64,000 nucleotides of DNA from Myxococcales bacterium (lineage in GTDB: Bacteria; Myxococcota_A; UBA9042; JABWCM01; BTVJ01), in the NCBI GenBank assembly GCA_045863395.1, contig BTVJ01000003.1, positions 195,172-259,171 on the forward strand, written 5' to 3'. This document shows positions 48,298 through 57,524 of this stretch, in pieces. Positions within the stretch are counted from its first letter, which is position 1. The number at the start of each line of letters is the position of its first letter. The position numbers and the translations under genes are program-made. The notes beneath the pieces were generated by a model. It had not been told where the DNA came from. It made no database searches and saw nothing but the letters and a program-made list of their open reading frames with translations.

Positions 48298-49077
48298 TCA
48301 GGCCTCCCCGGGGTGCAGGCGCGAGGCGCCAGCCAGGTAGCCCTCCCGCAGCAGCCCCGCGGAGACGGCGGCGTCCACGCAGCGGGCGGCCCAGTCGGGG
48401 CGCGGCAGGAACAGGCGCGCGGCCAGGGAGTCGGTGCCGGCCCAGGAGGCGGGGGCCTCGGCGCGGCCGGTGGCGCGGAGCTCGTCGAGGAGCAGCCACC
48501 CGAAGGCGAGGGCCTCGGGCTCGGCCCGGTGGGCGACGGCGCCGCGGTCCCGGGCGGTGTCCAGCGTGACGACGCCCAGGCGCGCGAGGGTGGTCTGGAG
48601 CGTGGAGCGGGTCTTCTGGCGCGCCGAGGGCGGCGTGGGCGGCGCCACGTGCCGGTCCACGAAGGCGGCCCAGGCCGCTGCGGGGATCGCGGCCGCGGCG
48701 GTGGGGGCGAGCGGCGCCTCGGCGGCGGCGAGGGCGGGGGCCACCAGCTCGTCGAGGGCGCGGGTGACCCAGGCGCGCCGAACGTGGAGCCGCGCGCGCA
48801 GGAGCGTGCTGCGCCGGTGGGGCGAGCCCGCGAGCAGCCGGAGGAAGGTGGACCCGGCGACCGCGGCGCCGTCGTGGTCCAGGAGCTCGTCGCGCACCAT
48901 GCGGATCGTCTCCCGGCGGCGGGGGCGGCTCGGCTGCGGCAGGAGCCCGTCGCCGGCGGCCTCCCACTCCGGCAGCGGCATCCCCGGGCGGGCGGCGTCC
49001 AGCAGGGCGAGGGCGTCGTCCTCGTTGAGGGTCCGGGTCCAGCTCACCAGCGGGCCGGCCGCGGCGTCGGCGGTCAC
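48298..49077 (-). CDS. Hypothetical protein, possibly BrxA-like
   Basis: GTG 49077 overlaps the upstream stop; about 259 aa helical protein ending 3 nt before pglW; QKTRSTLQTTLARLGV and AFGWLL reminiscent of BrxA (weak). Confidence 0.5.
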   Translation of the reverse strand: MTADAAAGPLVSWTRTLNEDDALALLDAARPGMPLPEWEAAGDGLLPQPSRPRRRETIRMVRDELLDHDGAAVAGSTFLRLLAGSPHRRSTLLRARLHVRRAWVTRALDELVAPALAAAEAPLAPTAAAAIPAAAWAAFVDRHVAPPTPPSARQKTRSTLQTTLARLGVVTLDTARDRGAVAHRAEPEALAFGWLLLDELRATGRAEAPASWAGTDSLAARLFLPRPDWAARCVDAAVSAGLLREGYLAGASRLHPGEA

Positions 49078-49751
49078 ACGAGCCTCGCGTCGGGCAGCCC
49101 GGCCGCCAGGGCGCGGGCGTCCGGGTCCTCGGACAGCCCGAACACGCGGTCGAAGCGAGCGCCGGCGGCGAGCTCGCCCCCGAGGGCGGCGCGGGTCACG
49201 ACGCGGGGGGCGGCGGCCCGCAGCTCGACGGCGACCGCGCCGACCAGCGCCCGCTCGGCGTCGGTGTCCGCGACGACGGTGTACTGCCGCTCGAGGCCCA
49301 GCCCCTCGTAGCGCGCGCACTGGAAGGCCGCGATCCGCCCGAAGGACCCGGGCAGCTCCAGCACCCGGTGGTGGGGCTGCGGCCGCGGCAGCTCGGCGAT
49401 GGCGCCGCCGGTGGGCAGCCCGAGCGCGCGGGCGCAGTCCCGGAGGAAGGCGGTGGCGTCCTCGGCTTGCGGCGCCCGGGCCGCCTCGAGGAGCGGCGCC
49501 GCGGCGCCGTCGTCCAGCGCGGCGGTGGGGTCGACAGACCAGCGCGAGAGATCGAACGGGACGGGCCACGCCCCGGCCAGGTCCTCGCACAGGATGGCGA
49601 ACAGGTCCCGGAGCCCGAGCTTGCGCCGCACCCGCTCCCAGCGGGCGAGCACCGGATCCGTCAGCCGGGCCGGGCGCAGGCCGGCGCGCTCGAGGCGCGC
49701 GACGCAGCGCAGCGTCACGTCGAGGGCAGCGATGCTGGACACCTGGGTCAT
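49074..49751 (-). CDS. Hypothetical protein, first gene of the Pgl/BREX operon
   Basis: ATG after GAGGGG, downstream of a promoter-like sequence, coupled to the next gene; no family recognised. Confidence 0.7.
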   Translation of the reverse strand: MTQVSSIAALDVTLRCVARLERAGLRPARLTDPVLARWERVRRKLGLRDLFAILCEDLAGAWPVPFDLSRWSVDPTAALDDGAAAPLLEAARAPQAEDATAFLRDCARALGLPTGGAIAELPRPQPHHRVLELPGSFGRIAAFQCARYEGLGLERQYTVVADTDAERALVGAVAVELRAAAPRVVTRAALGGELAAGARFDRVFGLSEDPDARALAAGLPDARLV

Positions 49752-49784
49752 GCCGTACCCCTCCCCACAGCAGGGTGAGGCCCG

Positions 49785-49813
49785 AGGATAGGGCCGGTCC
49801 GCGGGGGGGTCAA
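49785..49813 (-). promoter_or_regulatory. Putative sigma70-type promoter of the Pgl/BREX operon
   Basis: Minus strand TTGACC-17 nt-TATCCT, 33 nt upstream of ATG 49751. Confidence 0.65.
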
Positions 49814-50010
49814 GCGGGTTTCGGGCGGCGCGGGCTTCGGCCAGGGAGCCGAACCCGCCGAGACCTTCGCGACGCCTTCAACGCAGGTGCCGAGGCGCTC
49901 GGGGCTGCCCTCGCCGGGCGCGGTATCGAGGTGCGCTCTCGCGACTACGTGCTCGCCCGCCTCCGCGCTGCCCTCGGTGGACCCACCCGGTCCCTGCCTC
50001 GCGGTGGCCG

Positions 50011-50613
50011 CTATGCCGACTCTCTTGCCCCAGGTGGGATCGATGCAGTCAGGCGCAGCGCCTTCTCCCTCGCGCCCTCAGGGTCGAGTCCGGTGACGTC
50101 CAGCGCGACGGTCCGGGCGGCGGTTCCCGCGCGCAGCGCCCGGCGATATCCCTCCAGGACCGCGCTGCCGAAGGTCGAGTCGAGCGTCTCCCGGTCGAGG
50201 GCCGTCGGTCCCCGGGCCCAGGGCCGGCGGGCGCGCTCCGCTGCGTCGAGGGTGACGCAGATGCACAGGTCCACCCGCGGGACATGCCGCCGGAGGGGTG
50301 TGAGCACACCGTCGACGCCCCGGGCGTGTGCGTAGGCCTCCGTGCTGGCCCAGTAGCGATCGATGATCACGTCTGCGCCCTGAGCGGCGAGAACGTTGGC
50401 CTCGCGCCCGACCGCGAGCACGGTCGAGGCATAGAAGAGGGCCCACGCCGGAGCCCATGGGCGCAGCGCGTCGTCCACGACGCCCCGAACCTCCCGCAGC
50501 GCCTCCGGCGGCGTGGTCATCCAGGTGGCCCCGAGAGCCTCGGCCACTCCTCTGGAGAGGGTCGACTTGCCGCCGCCGTCGAGCCCCTCGAACACGATGA
50601 TCCGTCCACTCAT
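50011..50613 (-). CDS. Thymidylate-kinase-family NMP kinase, CMPK2-like
   Basis: IIVFEGLDGGGKSTL, TTPP, ALFY, VIIDRYWASTEAY; ATGA overlap at 50610-50613. Confidence 0.85.
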   Translation of the reverse strand: MSGRIIVFEGLDGGGKSTLSRGVAEALGATWMTTPPEALREVRGVVDDALRPWAPAWALFYASTVLAVGREANVLAAQGADVIIDRYWASTEAYAHARGVDGVLTPLRRHVPRVDLCICVTLDAAERARRPWARGPTALDRETLDSTFGSAVLEGYRRALRAGTAARTVALDVTGLDPEGAREKALRLTASIPPGARESA

Positions 50614-51107
50614 TCGTCGTCCTCCGCCGCCGTGACGTCGATGTGAACCACCTCGATCTCCCGGACGGCGCTCCCCACCCGCAGCTCGCGGACCTCGCCG
50701 ACCTCGGCGCCGATCAGGGCGCGGCCGAGCGGGGAGTTGTAGCTGACACGCCCGCGTGCCGGGTCGCCATCGTCCCACCCGGCGATCCAGACGGTCTGCG
50801 GTTCTCCGTCCGTCGAGAAGATCACGCGGGATCCCACGGTGACGCAGATTGGCGCCTCGGGCACCGGTTGCACCACCGCGGCGCGCCCGAGCAGCCCCTC
50901 GAGGTCTCGCACCTGCCGGGCCTGCCAGTGCATCCGACGCTGGTTCTCCTCGTACGCGAAGTTGTCGTGCCAGACCGAGCTGTCGCCCGCCTCGGCTGCC
51001 GCCGGGTTGTCGTCGCACGTGGCCCTGTAGGCGGCGCGGGCGTCAGCCAGCCGGCGCTGGAGGCGCCGCACCCCTCCAGGGGTCAGCGTGATACGGTCGT
51101 CGCTCAT
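50610..51107 (-). CDS. GreA/GreB-family transcription elongation factor (variant)
   Basis: LTPGGVRRL, AGDSSVWHDNFAYEE, VTVGSRV, VSYNSPLGRALIGAEVGE. Confidence 0.9.
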   Translation of the reverse strand: MSDDRITLTPGGVRRLQRRLADARAAYRATCDDNPAAAEAGDSSVWHDNFAYEENQRRMHWQARQVRDLEGLLGRAAVVQPVPEAPICVTVGSRVIFSTDGEPQTVWIAGWDDGDPARGRVSYNSPLGRALIGAEVGEVRELRVGSAVREIEVVHIDVTAAEDDE

Positions 51108-51673
51108 GTGCGGTCACTCCGAAGTTGACTCATTGTGAGGTCTCGGACCCTTGCGGCTACGGCCTCCGGGGCTGCCTCCGACGTCGAGACCGGAGGCACC
51201 ACGCGCAAGCCCAGCCGCGTCGCCCACTGGAGGGCGCGCCGGTCCACCTCTCGAAAGAACCAGAAGTCGCCCGGCTCTGACTGGCGACGCCTCAGGATCT
51301 CCTCCGTCGCGGTCAGCGGGACGACCACGACGGGGCCCGCGGCTCGGGTGGCGGCGGTGACGGCCGGGAGCAGGCGAGTGACCACCTCCGGGCTCCGAAT
51401 GGAGGCGTATGCCAGATTCCCCGGGTGCCACGTCTCGACGATCCTCGAGCCCCGGCTCGACCAGAGGGCGTCTCTCTGGAGCTCGGCTCGGAACACCGCC
51501 TCATCGAAGCTCGGCTGCCGGTCGTCCGCCAGGGTCCCTGGAGGGCGTTCGCTCGGGTCCTCGGCGAGCGTCCGGCCGATCTCGTCGTGGACGGGGAGGT
51601 CGAGCATTGCCCCCAGCGCCCTGGCCGTGGTCGTCTTTCCCACACCATGTCCGCCCACGAGGATGATGTTCAT
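51104..51673 (-). CDS. P-loop nucleoside/nucleotide kinase-like protein (AAA_28/NadR-kinase-like)
   Basis: IILVGGHGVGKTT, EIGR, IVETWHPGNLAY, ILRRR; ATGA overlaps at both ends. Confidence 0.75.
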   Translation of the reverse strand: MNIILVGGHGVGKTTTARALGAMLDLPVHDEIGRTLAEDPSERPPGTLADDRQPSFDEAVFRAELQRDALWSSRGSRIVETWHPGNLAYASIRSPEVVTRLLPAVTAATRAAGPVVVVPLTATEEILRRRQSEPGDFWFFREVDRRALQWATRLGLRVVPPVSTSEAAPEAVAARVRDLTMSQLRSDRT

Positions 51674-52650
51674 CGGACCTCCTCCAGGAGACTCATCCAT
51701 GCCTCGCGGGCCCGAGGGAGTCCGCCATCACGCAGGGCGCCGACCAGGTCCACTCCCCGATCCGGTCGGTCCATGCACGGACGCAGCCACCCATCGTGGG
51801 ATAGACGGAGGGCATGGATCCCTTCGCGGCAGCGCGCCCTCGCAGGGCACTCGTTGCACGCGGTCCAGGGTGCCTGGTCGCCCAGCCGCTCACTCTTGAT
51901 CTCGACCGTCAGCCCATCTGCCCAGCGAAGGCGGAGTGTCGGGAGACTGAACGGGTCGGGCTCCAACCAGCGCGTCTCGGGCTCGCCACGGAGGGACAGG
52001 ACGGCCGCCTCGACCGCACGGGAGTCCAGGTCGGTGTTCGAGAGGTCGTCGAGCACATTCACCACGACAGGCTTGTCGGCGGCCCAGGCCAGGAACGCTG
52101 GCAGGTCTCCGGCTACCTCCGGGCCCGTGTAGACGTAGTTGAGCTTCGTGGGTCGCGCCGCCCCGAGGAGGGTCCGAAGGAAGTCGCCACGGAGCCGGTA
52201 GAGAGATTCGCCGCGAGCATTTCTGGCGAAGGCGTCTGGTGAAAAGCCGTGGATGCTCATGTTGGCCCTGGAGAGACCCGCGTCGAAGCAGGCGTCGAGT
52301 CGCCGCGCTGGGACCGCGCCGGCGGTGATCAGGGAGATGTCGAGCACAGGGTCAATGTCTCGGAGCGCGCGAATCAGGTCGGGCAGGTCTCGACGGGCCA
52401 AGGGCTCCCCTCCGAGGAGCTTCACCTTCCTCACCCCCAGCTCGAGACCGACCTGAGCGAGCGCTACGAGCTCTGTGATCGGCAGTCCGCCCTCGGCCCC
52501 GGCAGTTGCGGGGTCTCCCTCCATGTGGCAGAAGCGGCAAGCCATGGTGCAGCGCGTCGTGACCACGACACGCAGGTACGGGACCGTGGCCCTTGGGCCG
52601 GTTGGTGTGGGGCGGCTCCTCACGGAGGCCTTCGGTCGCGCGCCTGTCAT
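51670..52650 (-). CDS. MoaA-like radical SAM enzyme (non-canonical)
   Basis: YLRVVVTTRCTMACRFCHMEG, KVKLLGGEPL, RANMSIH, KLNYV; C-terminal CNECPARARCREG...RLSHDGWLRPC; ATG 52650 after GGAGGAG. Confidence 0.85.
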   Translation of the reverse strand: MTGARPKASVRSRPTPTGPRATVPYLRVVVTTRCTMACRFCHMEGDPATAGAEGGLPITELVALAQVGLELGVRKVKLLGGEPLARRDLPDLIRALRDIDPVLDISLITAGAVPARRLDACFDAGLSRANMSIHGFSPDAFARNARGESLYRLRGDFLRTLLGAARPTKLNYVYTGPEVAGDLPAFLAWAADKPVVVNVLDDLSNTDLDSRAVEAAVLSLRGEPETRWLEPDPFSLPTLRLRWADGLTVEIKSERLGDQAPWTACNECPARARCREGIHALRLSHDGWLRPCMDRPDRGVDLVGALRDGGLPRAREAWMSLLEEVR

Positions 52651-52835
52651 TGGGCTCCTCCAGGGTCTGCGAGGGGGTCGAGTCGACCAACCCTCCTCGT
52701 GAGACCGGCGGGCGCGGGCGATCTGACTGGCGCGGCGCTGGAGGCACGGGCAGGAGCGGAGACAGCGACGCCCGGTGGCGAGCGCCTTCGGAGGAGCAGG
52801 TGAGGCGAATGAGGCGCGATGCCCTTGACGGGGGG

Positions 52836-55800
52836 CTAGAGCGAGTGGATGACGGAGTTTCCGGTGCTGACCTCGAGGAGGACCACGCCGTAGCCGTCGT
52901 GGGAGAAGGTGACCAGATCTGGATCCTCGGGGTCGAACCAGAACCCGCCGTAGCCCTGGGAGAGCCCCGAGTCCAGGGACCCCGAGATGCAGGCGAGGCC
53001 CGGGACCCCCGGCGCGTCGTTGCACGAGATCGGGGTGCGGTTGCCTGTGGTCGGGTCGACCAGCACCACCTGGGTGCCGCCCTCGCGGCCGACCGTCCAG
53101 TACATCTGGCGGTGGGAGTCCCAGCGGACCCAGCGCTGCCCGATGCCCGAGGAGCCCGTCGGGCCGGCGCCCAGCGGGGCCGTCGTCGATGCGCTGGTGA
53201 CCCGTGAGCGGTCGCCCGTCGCAAGGTCGATGGCGTAGAGGGACAGATCGAAGGCGTTGAGGGCGAGCAGCTTGCCGTCGTGGAGCCCGAAGCCGTTGAG
53301 GGCGCCGGACGTGAACGCCCACCCGCCGCCCATGGGGCTCCCGAACCACGCGTTTCCGCTCATGGTCCCCGAGCGGGTGACGTAGCTGCACGTCTGCTGG
53401 GCGCCCGTCCCGGAGATTCGAATCACGCCCAGGCCCTCGCCCACCGGGCTCGTGTTGGAGAAGCCGATGAGGAAGCTCCCGTCGGCGTCGAGGGCGAAGC
53501 CGTCCGCCCGGGTCTGCACCGACTTGCCGTCCCGGCCGTTGTCGCAGAAGGCGAAGCCTGCGCCGTCCCGCTGCCAGACGAGGGTGCGCGCTCCGGTGGC
53601 CGGGTCGACGCGGACGATCTCGCCCATCAGGTTCGTGCCGCTCCAGACATACAAGTTGCCGTCGGGGCCCCGCTGCACGTCGACGACGTTCTTGAGGGTG
53701 TGCCCTGCGCCGACCTCCATCAGGCCGTTGACCGGGTCCAGGTACTGCCCGGAGACGAGGGCGCGGTCCCCGGTGGCCAGGTCCATGGAGAAGACGAAGC
53801 CCGCGTCGGGGGTGGCGCCGCTCGACCACGCAACGGCCGCGACGAGCGCGCCCGCCCCGGCGTCCACGAAGCCGCCGTAGATCTTCGCGCTGGGCTGGGT
53901 CGCGACGCGCGGTCCGGTGCCGAATGCGTTGCCGCCGAGGAACGCCTCGTAGGGCCGCCAGCAGATGGGCAGACCCCCGGTGAGGGCGCGGTTGGTCAGG
54001 CAGCGGCAGTCCGCGATGAGGGACGTCGGGTTGTCGATGAACTGCGAGAACGTGCACGCCTTCGTGTAGTAGGGGCTCTCCGGGTCGGCCACCGAGCTCA
54101 CGCACGTGGGGCCCGCGCCCTTGTCGACGCAGACCAGCCCCGGAGTGCAGGTGGAGACGACTCCGTCCACCACGTTGCACGCATTGACCGACACGATGGC
54201 TTGCTGCCCGAGATCGTCCGTCCCACACTTGGTCGAGACCGCGGGCGCGCAGGTCCCGCACACCGGGGTCGGGCCGCTGTCGACGCATGGCGCGGCCGCG
54301 TTGCACGTGACGTCGAGGGTCGGTGTGCCGCAGCTATCGAGCCAGACCACGTTGCCCTGGTGGCAGCCCTTGGCGGTCTTGGGCGTGCAGGCGCACCAGA
54401 AGCTGACGTTGTCGGTCGTACACTGCGCGCCGCCCGTGCAGGCCTCGACCAGAGAGAACCCCTTGCCCGTGGCGTCACACAGCCTGATCTCGCCCTTGTC
54501 GGCGCTGCACCACTTCTTGTTGGCGGTGCAGATGATGGCCGGGTCGGCCTGGCACGACGCGGTGCCGTCCGCGGCGAGGCAGACCTGGACCGCGGAGCAG
54601 GTGGCGAACACGAAGGTGCCAGTGCCGTCCGCCTTGCACTGGAGCACCTGCTTGCCGTCCGCCGAGCAGACGCGCTCGTTGGGAGTACACACCTTCGGGA
54701 CCTGGCAGGACGCCGTGCCGCCGCTCTCCACACACTGGGTCGAGGCCGAGCAGGTGGACGACACCGTGGTCCCGGTGCCGTCGGCCTTGCAGGTGAGCAC
54801 CTGCTTGCCGTCCGCCGAGCAGGACTTGACGTTGGGCGTGCAGACCTGCGTCGAGGGATCGAGCTGACAGGACGCGGTGCCGCCCTCCTCGACGCACTTC
54901 TGGGACGCCGTGCAGCCCAGCGACAGGGTGGTCGCCGTGCCGAGCGTGTTGCACTGGAGCACCTGCTTCAGGTCGGCAGAGCAGAGCTTCGTGTTGGGGG
55001 TGCAGATGATCTTCGAGGGGTCGGTCTCGCAGGTCGCCGTGCCGTCGGCCTCCACGCAGAGCTGGACGCTCGTGCAGGTCGTCTTCGTGAAGTTGCCCGT
55101 GCCGTCGCTCTTGCACTCGAGGACCTGCTTGGAGTCGGCCGAGCAGGTGCGGGTGCCCGGCGTGCACACCTTCGGGACCTGGCACGACGCGCCCCCACCG
55201 CTCTCGACGCAGATCATCGAGGTCGAGCAGGTGGACTGCACGGTGGAGCCCGTGCCGTCGCTCTTGCACACCAGGACCTGCTTGGCGTCGGCGGAGCAGG
55301 ACTTGGCGCCGGGCGTGCACTGCTGGGTGGCCGGGTCGAGCTGGCAGGAGGCGACCCCGTCCGTGACCACGCAGAGCTGGATGGCCGTGCAGGTCGACTT
55401 CACGGTCGTGCCCGTGCCGTCGCCCTTGCACTGGAGCACCTGCTTGGCGTCGCCGGAGCAGGACGTCTCGCCCGGGACGCACACCTGGGTCGCGGGGTCG
55501 AGCTCGCAGGAGGCGGTCCCGCCCGCCTCGACGCAGAGCTGGATGGCGGTACACGTCGCCTGCGCGAAGGTGCCCGTGCCGTCGGTCTTGCACTGGAGGA
55601 CCTGCTTGCCGTCGGGGGAGCATGACTTCGCCCCGGGGATGCAGACCGTGGGCGCCTCGCACGAGGCGCTGTCACCGGTCGCGATGCACACGGTCGAGGC
55701 GGCGCACGTGGACTGCACGATGCTGCCGGTCCCGTCGGCCTTGCACTGGAGCACCTGCGTGCTGTCGAGCGAGCAGGACTTCGCATCCGGGGTGCACTGC

Positions 55801-57155
55801 TGAGTCGTGGGGTCGGTCTGACAGGAGGCTGCCCCGTCCACCTCGACGCAGAGCTGGATGGCGGTGCAGGTCGACTTCACGGTGGTGCCGGTGCCGTCGC
55901 CCTTGCACTGGAGCACCTGCTTGGCGTCGGGGGAGCAGGAGGTCGTCCCCGGCGTGCACACCTGGGTCGCCGGGTCGAGCTGGCAGGAGGCTGCTCCGTC
56001 GGTCACCACGCACAGCTCGGTGGTGGCGCAGGAGGTCTTCACTGTGGTCCCCGACCCGTCGCCCTTGCACTCGAGGACCTGCTTGCCGTCCGTGGAGCAG
56101 GACGTCGCGCCCGGGGTGCAGACCTGCGCGGCTTGTGGCTCGCAGGTCGCGGCGCCGCCCGCCTCCACGCAGGTCTCGCTGGCGCCGCAGCTCTGCGCCG
56201 TGGTCGTGCCGCTGCCGTCCTCCTTGCAAAGGAGGACCTGCTTGCCGTCCGTGGAGCAGGACGTCGCGCCCGGGGTGCAGACCTGGGCCGCATCAGGCTC
56301 GCAGGTCGCCGTGCCGCCCGCCTCCACGCAGGTCTCGCCGGCGGCGCAGCTCTGCGCCGCGGTCGTGCCGCTGCCGTCCTCCTTGCACTGGAGCACCTGC
56401 TTGCCGTCCGTCGAGCACGTCTTCCTGCCGGCGACGCAGACCGGGGCCTCCGGGGCTCCACAGACGGGCGCGCCCGCCTTCACCACGCAGGTCTGGCCGC
56501 CTGGGCAGGCAGCCATCGTGGTGCCGGTGCCGTCACTCTTGCACTCGATGATCGAGGCGCCGTCCGGCGCGCAGGTCTTCTCTCCGGGGGTGCACTCGCT
56601 GCTCCCGGTCACGCACTCCGCCGAGTCCCCCAGCGCCTGGCACGTCGCCGCTGGGGCGCAGGTCTCGACGACGAAGGTGCCGCTGCCGTCCGCCTTGCAC
56701 TCGATGACCGTCGCGCCGTCAGCGCAGGTGCGCGCGCCCGGGGTGCAGGCAGGTTCGACCGAGCCGCCGACGCACGCCGGGGCGCCGTCCACCACCGCGC
56801 AGGTCGCTGAGCCGCACGGCTCCACCTCGAAGGTGCCGTAGCCGCCGGTCTTGCACTCGACGATGGCCTGGCCGTCCGAGGAGCAGGCGCGCTCCTTCGG
56901 GGTGCACACGGCTGCGGGGTCCCGGCACTCGGCCTTGGTCCCTACGGGCATGCAGGTCTCAGGCGCCTCGCAGGCAGCCAGCACCGAGGTCCCGGTGCCG
57001 CTCCCATTGCACTGCACCACCGCCGTCCCGTCGTCGCTGCACTGCACCGCCAGGGGCGTACAGTCTCCGCCACTGGAGCCGGCGTCGCAGCCGGCTCCGA
57101 GCGCCACCGTGATCATCAGCAAGGCGCGCGCGCCATGTCGCAGCCCGTCACTCAT
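52836..57155 (-). CDS. Large Cys-rich repeat lipoprotein with C-terminal beta-rich domain
   Basis: ATG 57155 (MSDGLRH...LGAGC lipobox); six-Cys repeats; C-terminus homologous to the 1495..4308 product. Confidence 0.85.
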   Translation of the reverse strand: MSDGLRHGARALLMITVALGAGCDAGSSGGDCTPLAVQCSDDGTAVVQCNGSGTGTSVLAACEAPETCMPVGTKAECRDPAAVCTPKERACSSDGQAIVECKTGGYGTFEVEPCGSATCAVVDGAPACVGGSVEPACTPGARTCADGATVIECKADGSGTFVVETCAPAATCQALGDSAECVTGSSECTPGEKTCAPDGASIIECKSDGTGTTMAACPGGQTCVVKAGAPVCGAPEAPVCVAGRKTCSTDGKQVLQCKEDGSGTTAAQSCAAGETCVEAGGTATCEPDAAQVCTPGATSCSTDGKQVLLCKEDGSGTTTAQSCGASETCVEAGGAATCEPQAAQVCTPGATSCSTDGKQVLECKGDGSGTTVKTSCATTELCVVTDGAASCQLDPATQVCTPGTTSCSPDAKQVLQCKGDGTGTTVKSTCTAIQLCVEVDGAASCQTDPTTQQCTPDAKSCSLDSTQVLQCKADGTGSIVQSTCAASTVCIATGDSASCEAPTVCIPGAKSCSPDGKQVLQCKTDGTGTFAQATCTAIQLCVEAGGTASCELDPATQVCVPGETSCSGDAKQVLQCKGDGTGTTVKSTCTAIQLCVVTDGVASCQLDPATQQCTPGAKSCSADAKQVLVCKSDGTGSTVQSTCSTSMICVESGGGASCQVPKVCTPGTRTCSADSKQVLECKSDGTGNFTKTTCTSVQLCVEADGTATCETDPSKIICTPNTKLCSADLKQVLQCNTLGTATTLSLGCTASQKCVEEGGTASCQLDPSTQVCTPNVKSCSADGKQVLTCKADGTGTTVSSTCSASTQCVESGGTASCQVPKVCTPNERVCSADGKQVLQCKADGTGTFVFATCSAVQVCLAADGTASCQADPAIICTANKKWCSADKGEIRLCDATGKGFSLVEACTGGAQCTTDNVSFWCACTPKTAKGCHQGNVVWLDSCGTPTLDVTCNAAAPCVDSGPTPVCGTCAPAVSTKCGTDDLGQQAIVSVNACNVVDGVVSTCTPGLVCVDKGAGPTCVSSVADPESPYYTKACTFSQFIDNPTSLIADCRCLTNRALTGGLPICWRPYEAFLGGNAFGTGPRVATQPSAKIYGGFVDAGAGALVAAVAWSSGATPDAGFVFSMDLATGDRALVSGQYLDPVNGLMEVGAGHTLKNVVDVQRGPDGNLYVWSGTNLMGEIVRVDPATGARTLVWQRDGAGFAFCDNGRDGKSVQTRADGFALDADGSFLIGFSNTSPVGEGLGVIRISGTGAQQTCSYVTRSGTMSGNAWFGSPMGGGWAFTSGALNGFGLHDGKLLALNAFDLSLYAIDLATGDRSRVTSASTTAPLGAGPTGSSGIGQRWVRWDSHRQMYWTVGREGGTQVVLVDPTTGNRTPISCNDAPGVPGLACISGSLDSGLSQGYGGFWFDPEDPDLVTFSHDGYGVVLLEVSTGNSVIHSL
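54100..57062 (-). repeat. 17 clear plus 2 divergent six-Cys coding repeats of about 50-54 aa
   Basis: Consensus CTPG..SCS.DGKQVLQCK.DGTGT....TC....LCVE..G.ASC. Confidence 0.9.
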
Positions 57156-57524
57156 CTCTGCTTTCCTCCCACTGTGTTCGAGCTCCCTCCGGCAGGCGCT
57201 GGGGCACGCCGCGAGGGGGCACTCGCCGACCGGACCTCGGCGGAGAGCGAAGCGACCGATTCTAGGGAGGCGCACCCCCGAATTCCAACCGGTTCGGTCT
57301 CACTTCCCCGTGGCGCCACCCCAGGTTGGAGTCCCCCCATCCTTGTCAATCAGGCGTTTGCACGGCTCCGAGGTCTGGTGGCGCGGCCAGCGCTCAGGAG
57401 CTCGCGGCCGTGGGGCGCGCGACGACCTCGGCGCCTGGCCACGGAGCATGGCCTCTCTGTCGGTGGACGGACCGTGTGGGAGGGAGCGGGGGTTCGCGTG
57501 CCCGCACCGCGCGGCCCCACCACT

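Noticed and set aside
51670..52650. Calling the radical SAM gene moaA or viperin
   Set aside because: No C-terminal GG, altered auxiliary Cys cluster and no Moco genes for moaA; lacks the viperin-type sequence around CxxxCxxC. Left without a symbol.
57156..57520. ncRNA or riboswitch in the long divergent intergenic region
   Set aside because: Only a 7-bp inverted repeat (tccaacc/ggttgga) and a lone TTGACA; no recognisable RNA family motif.
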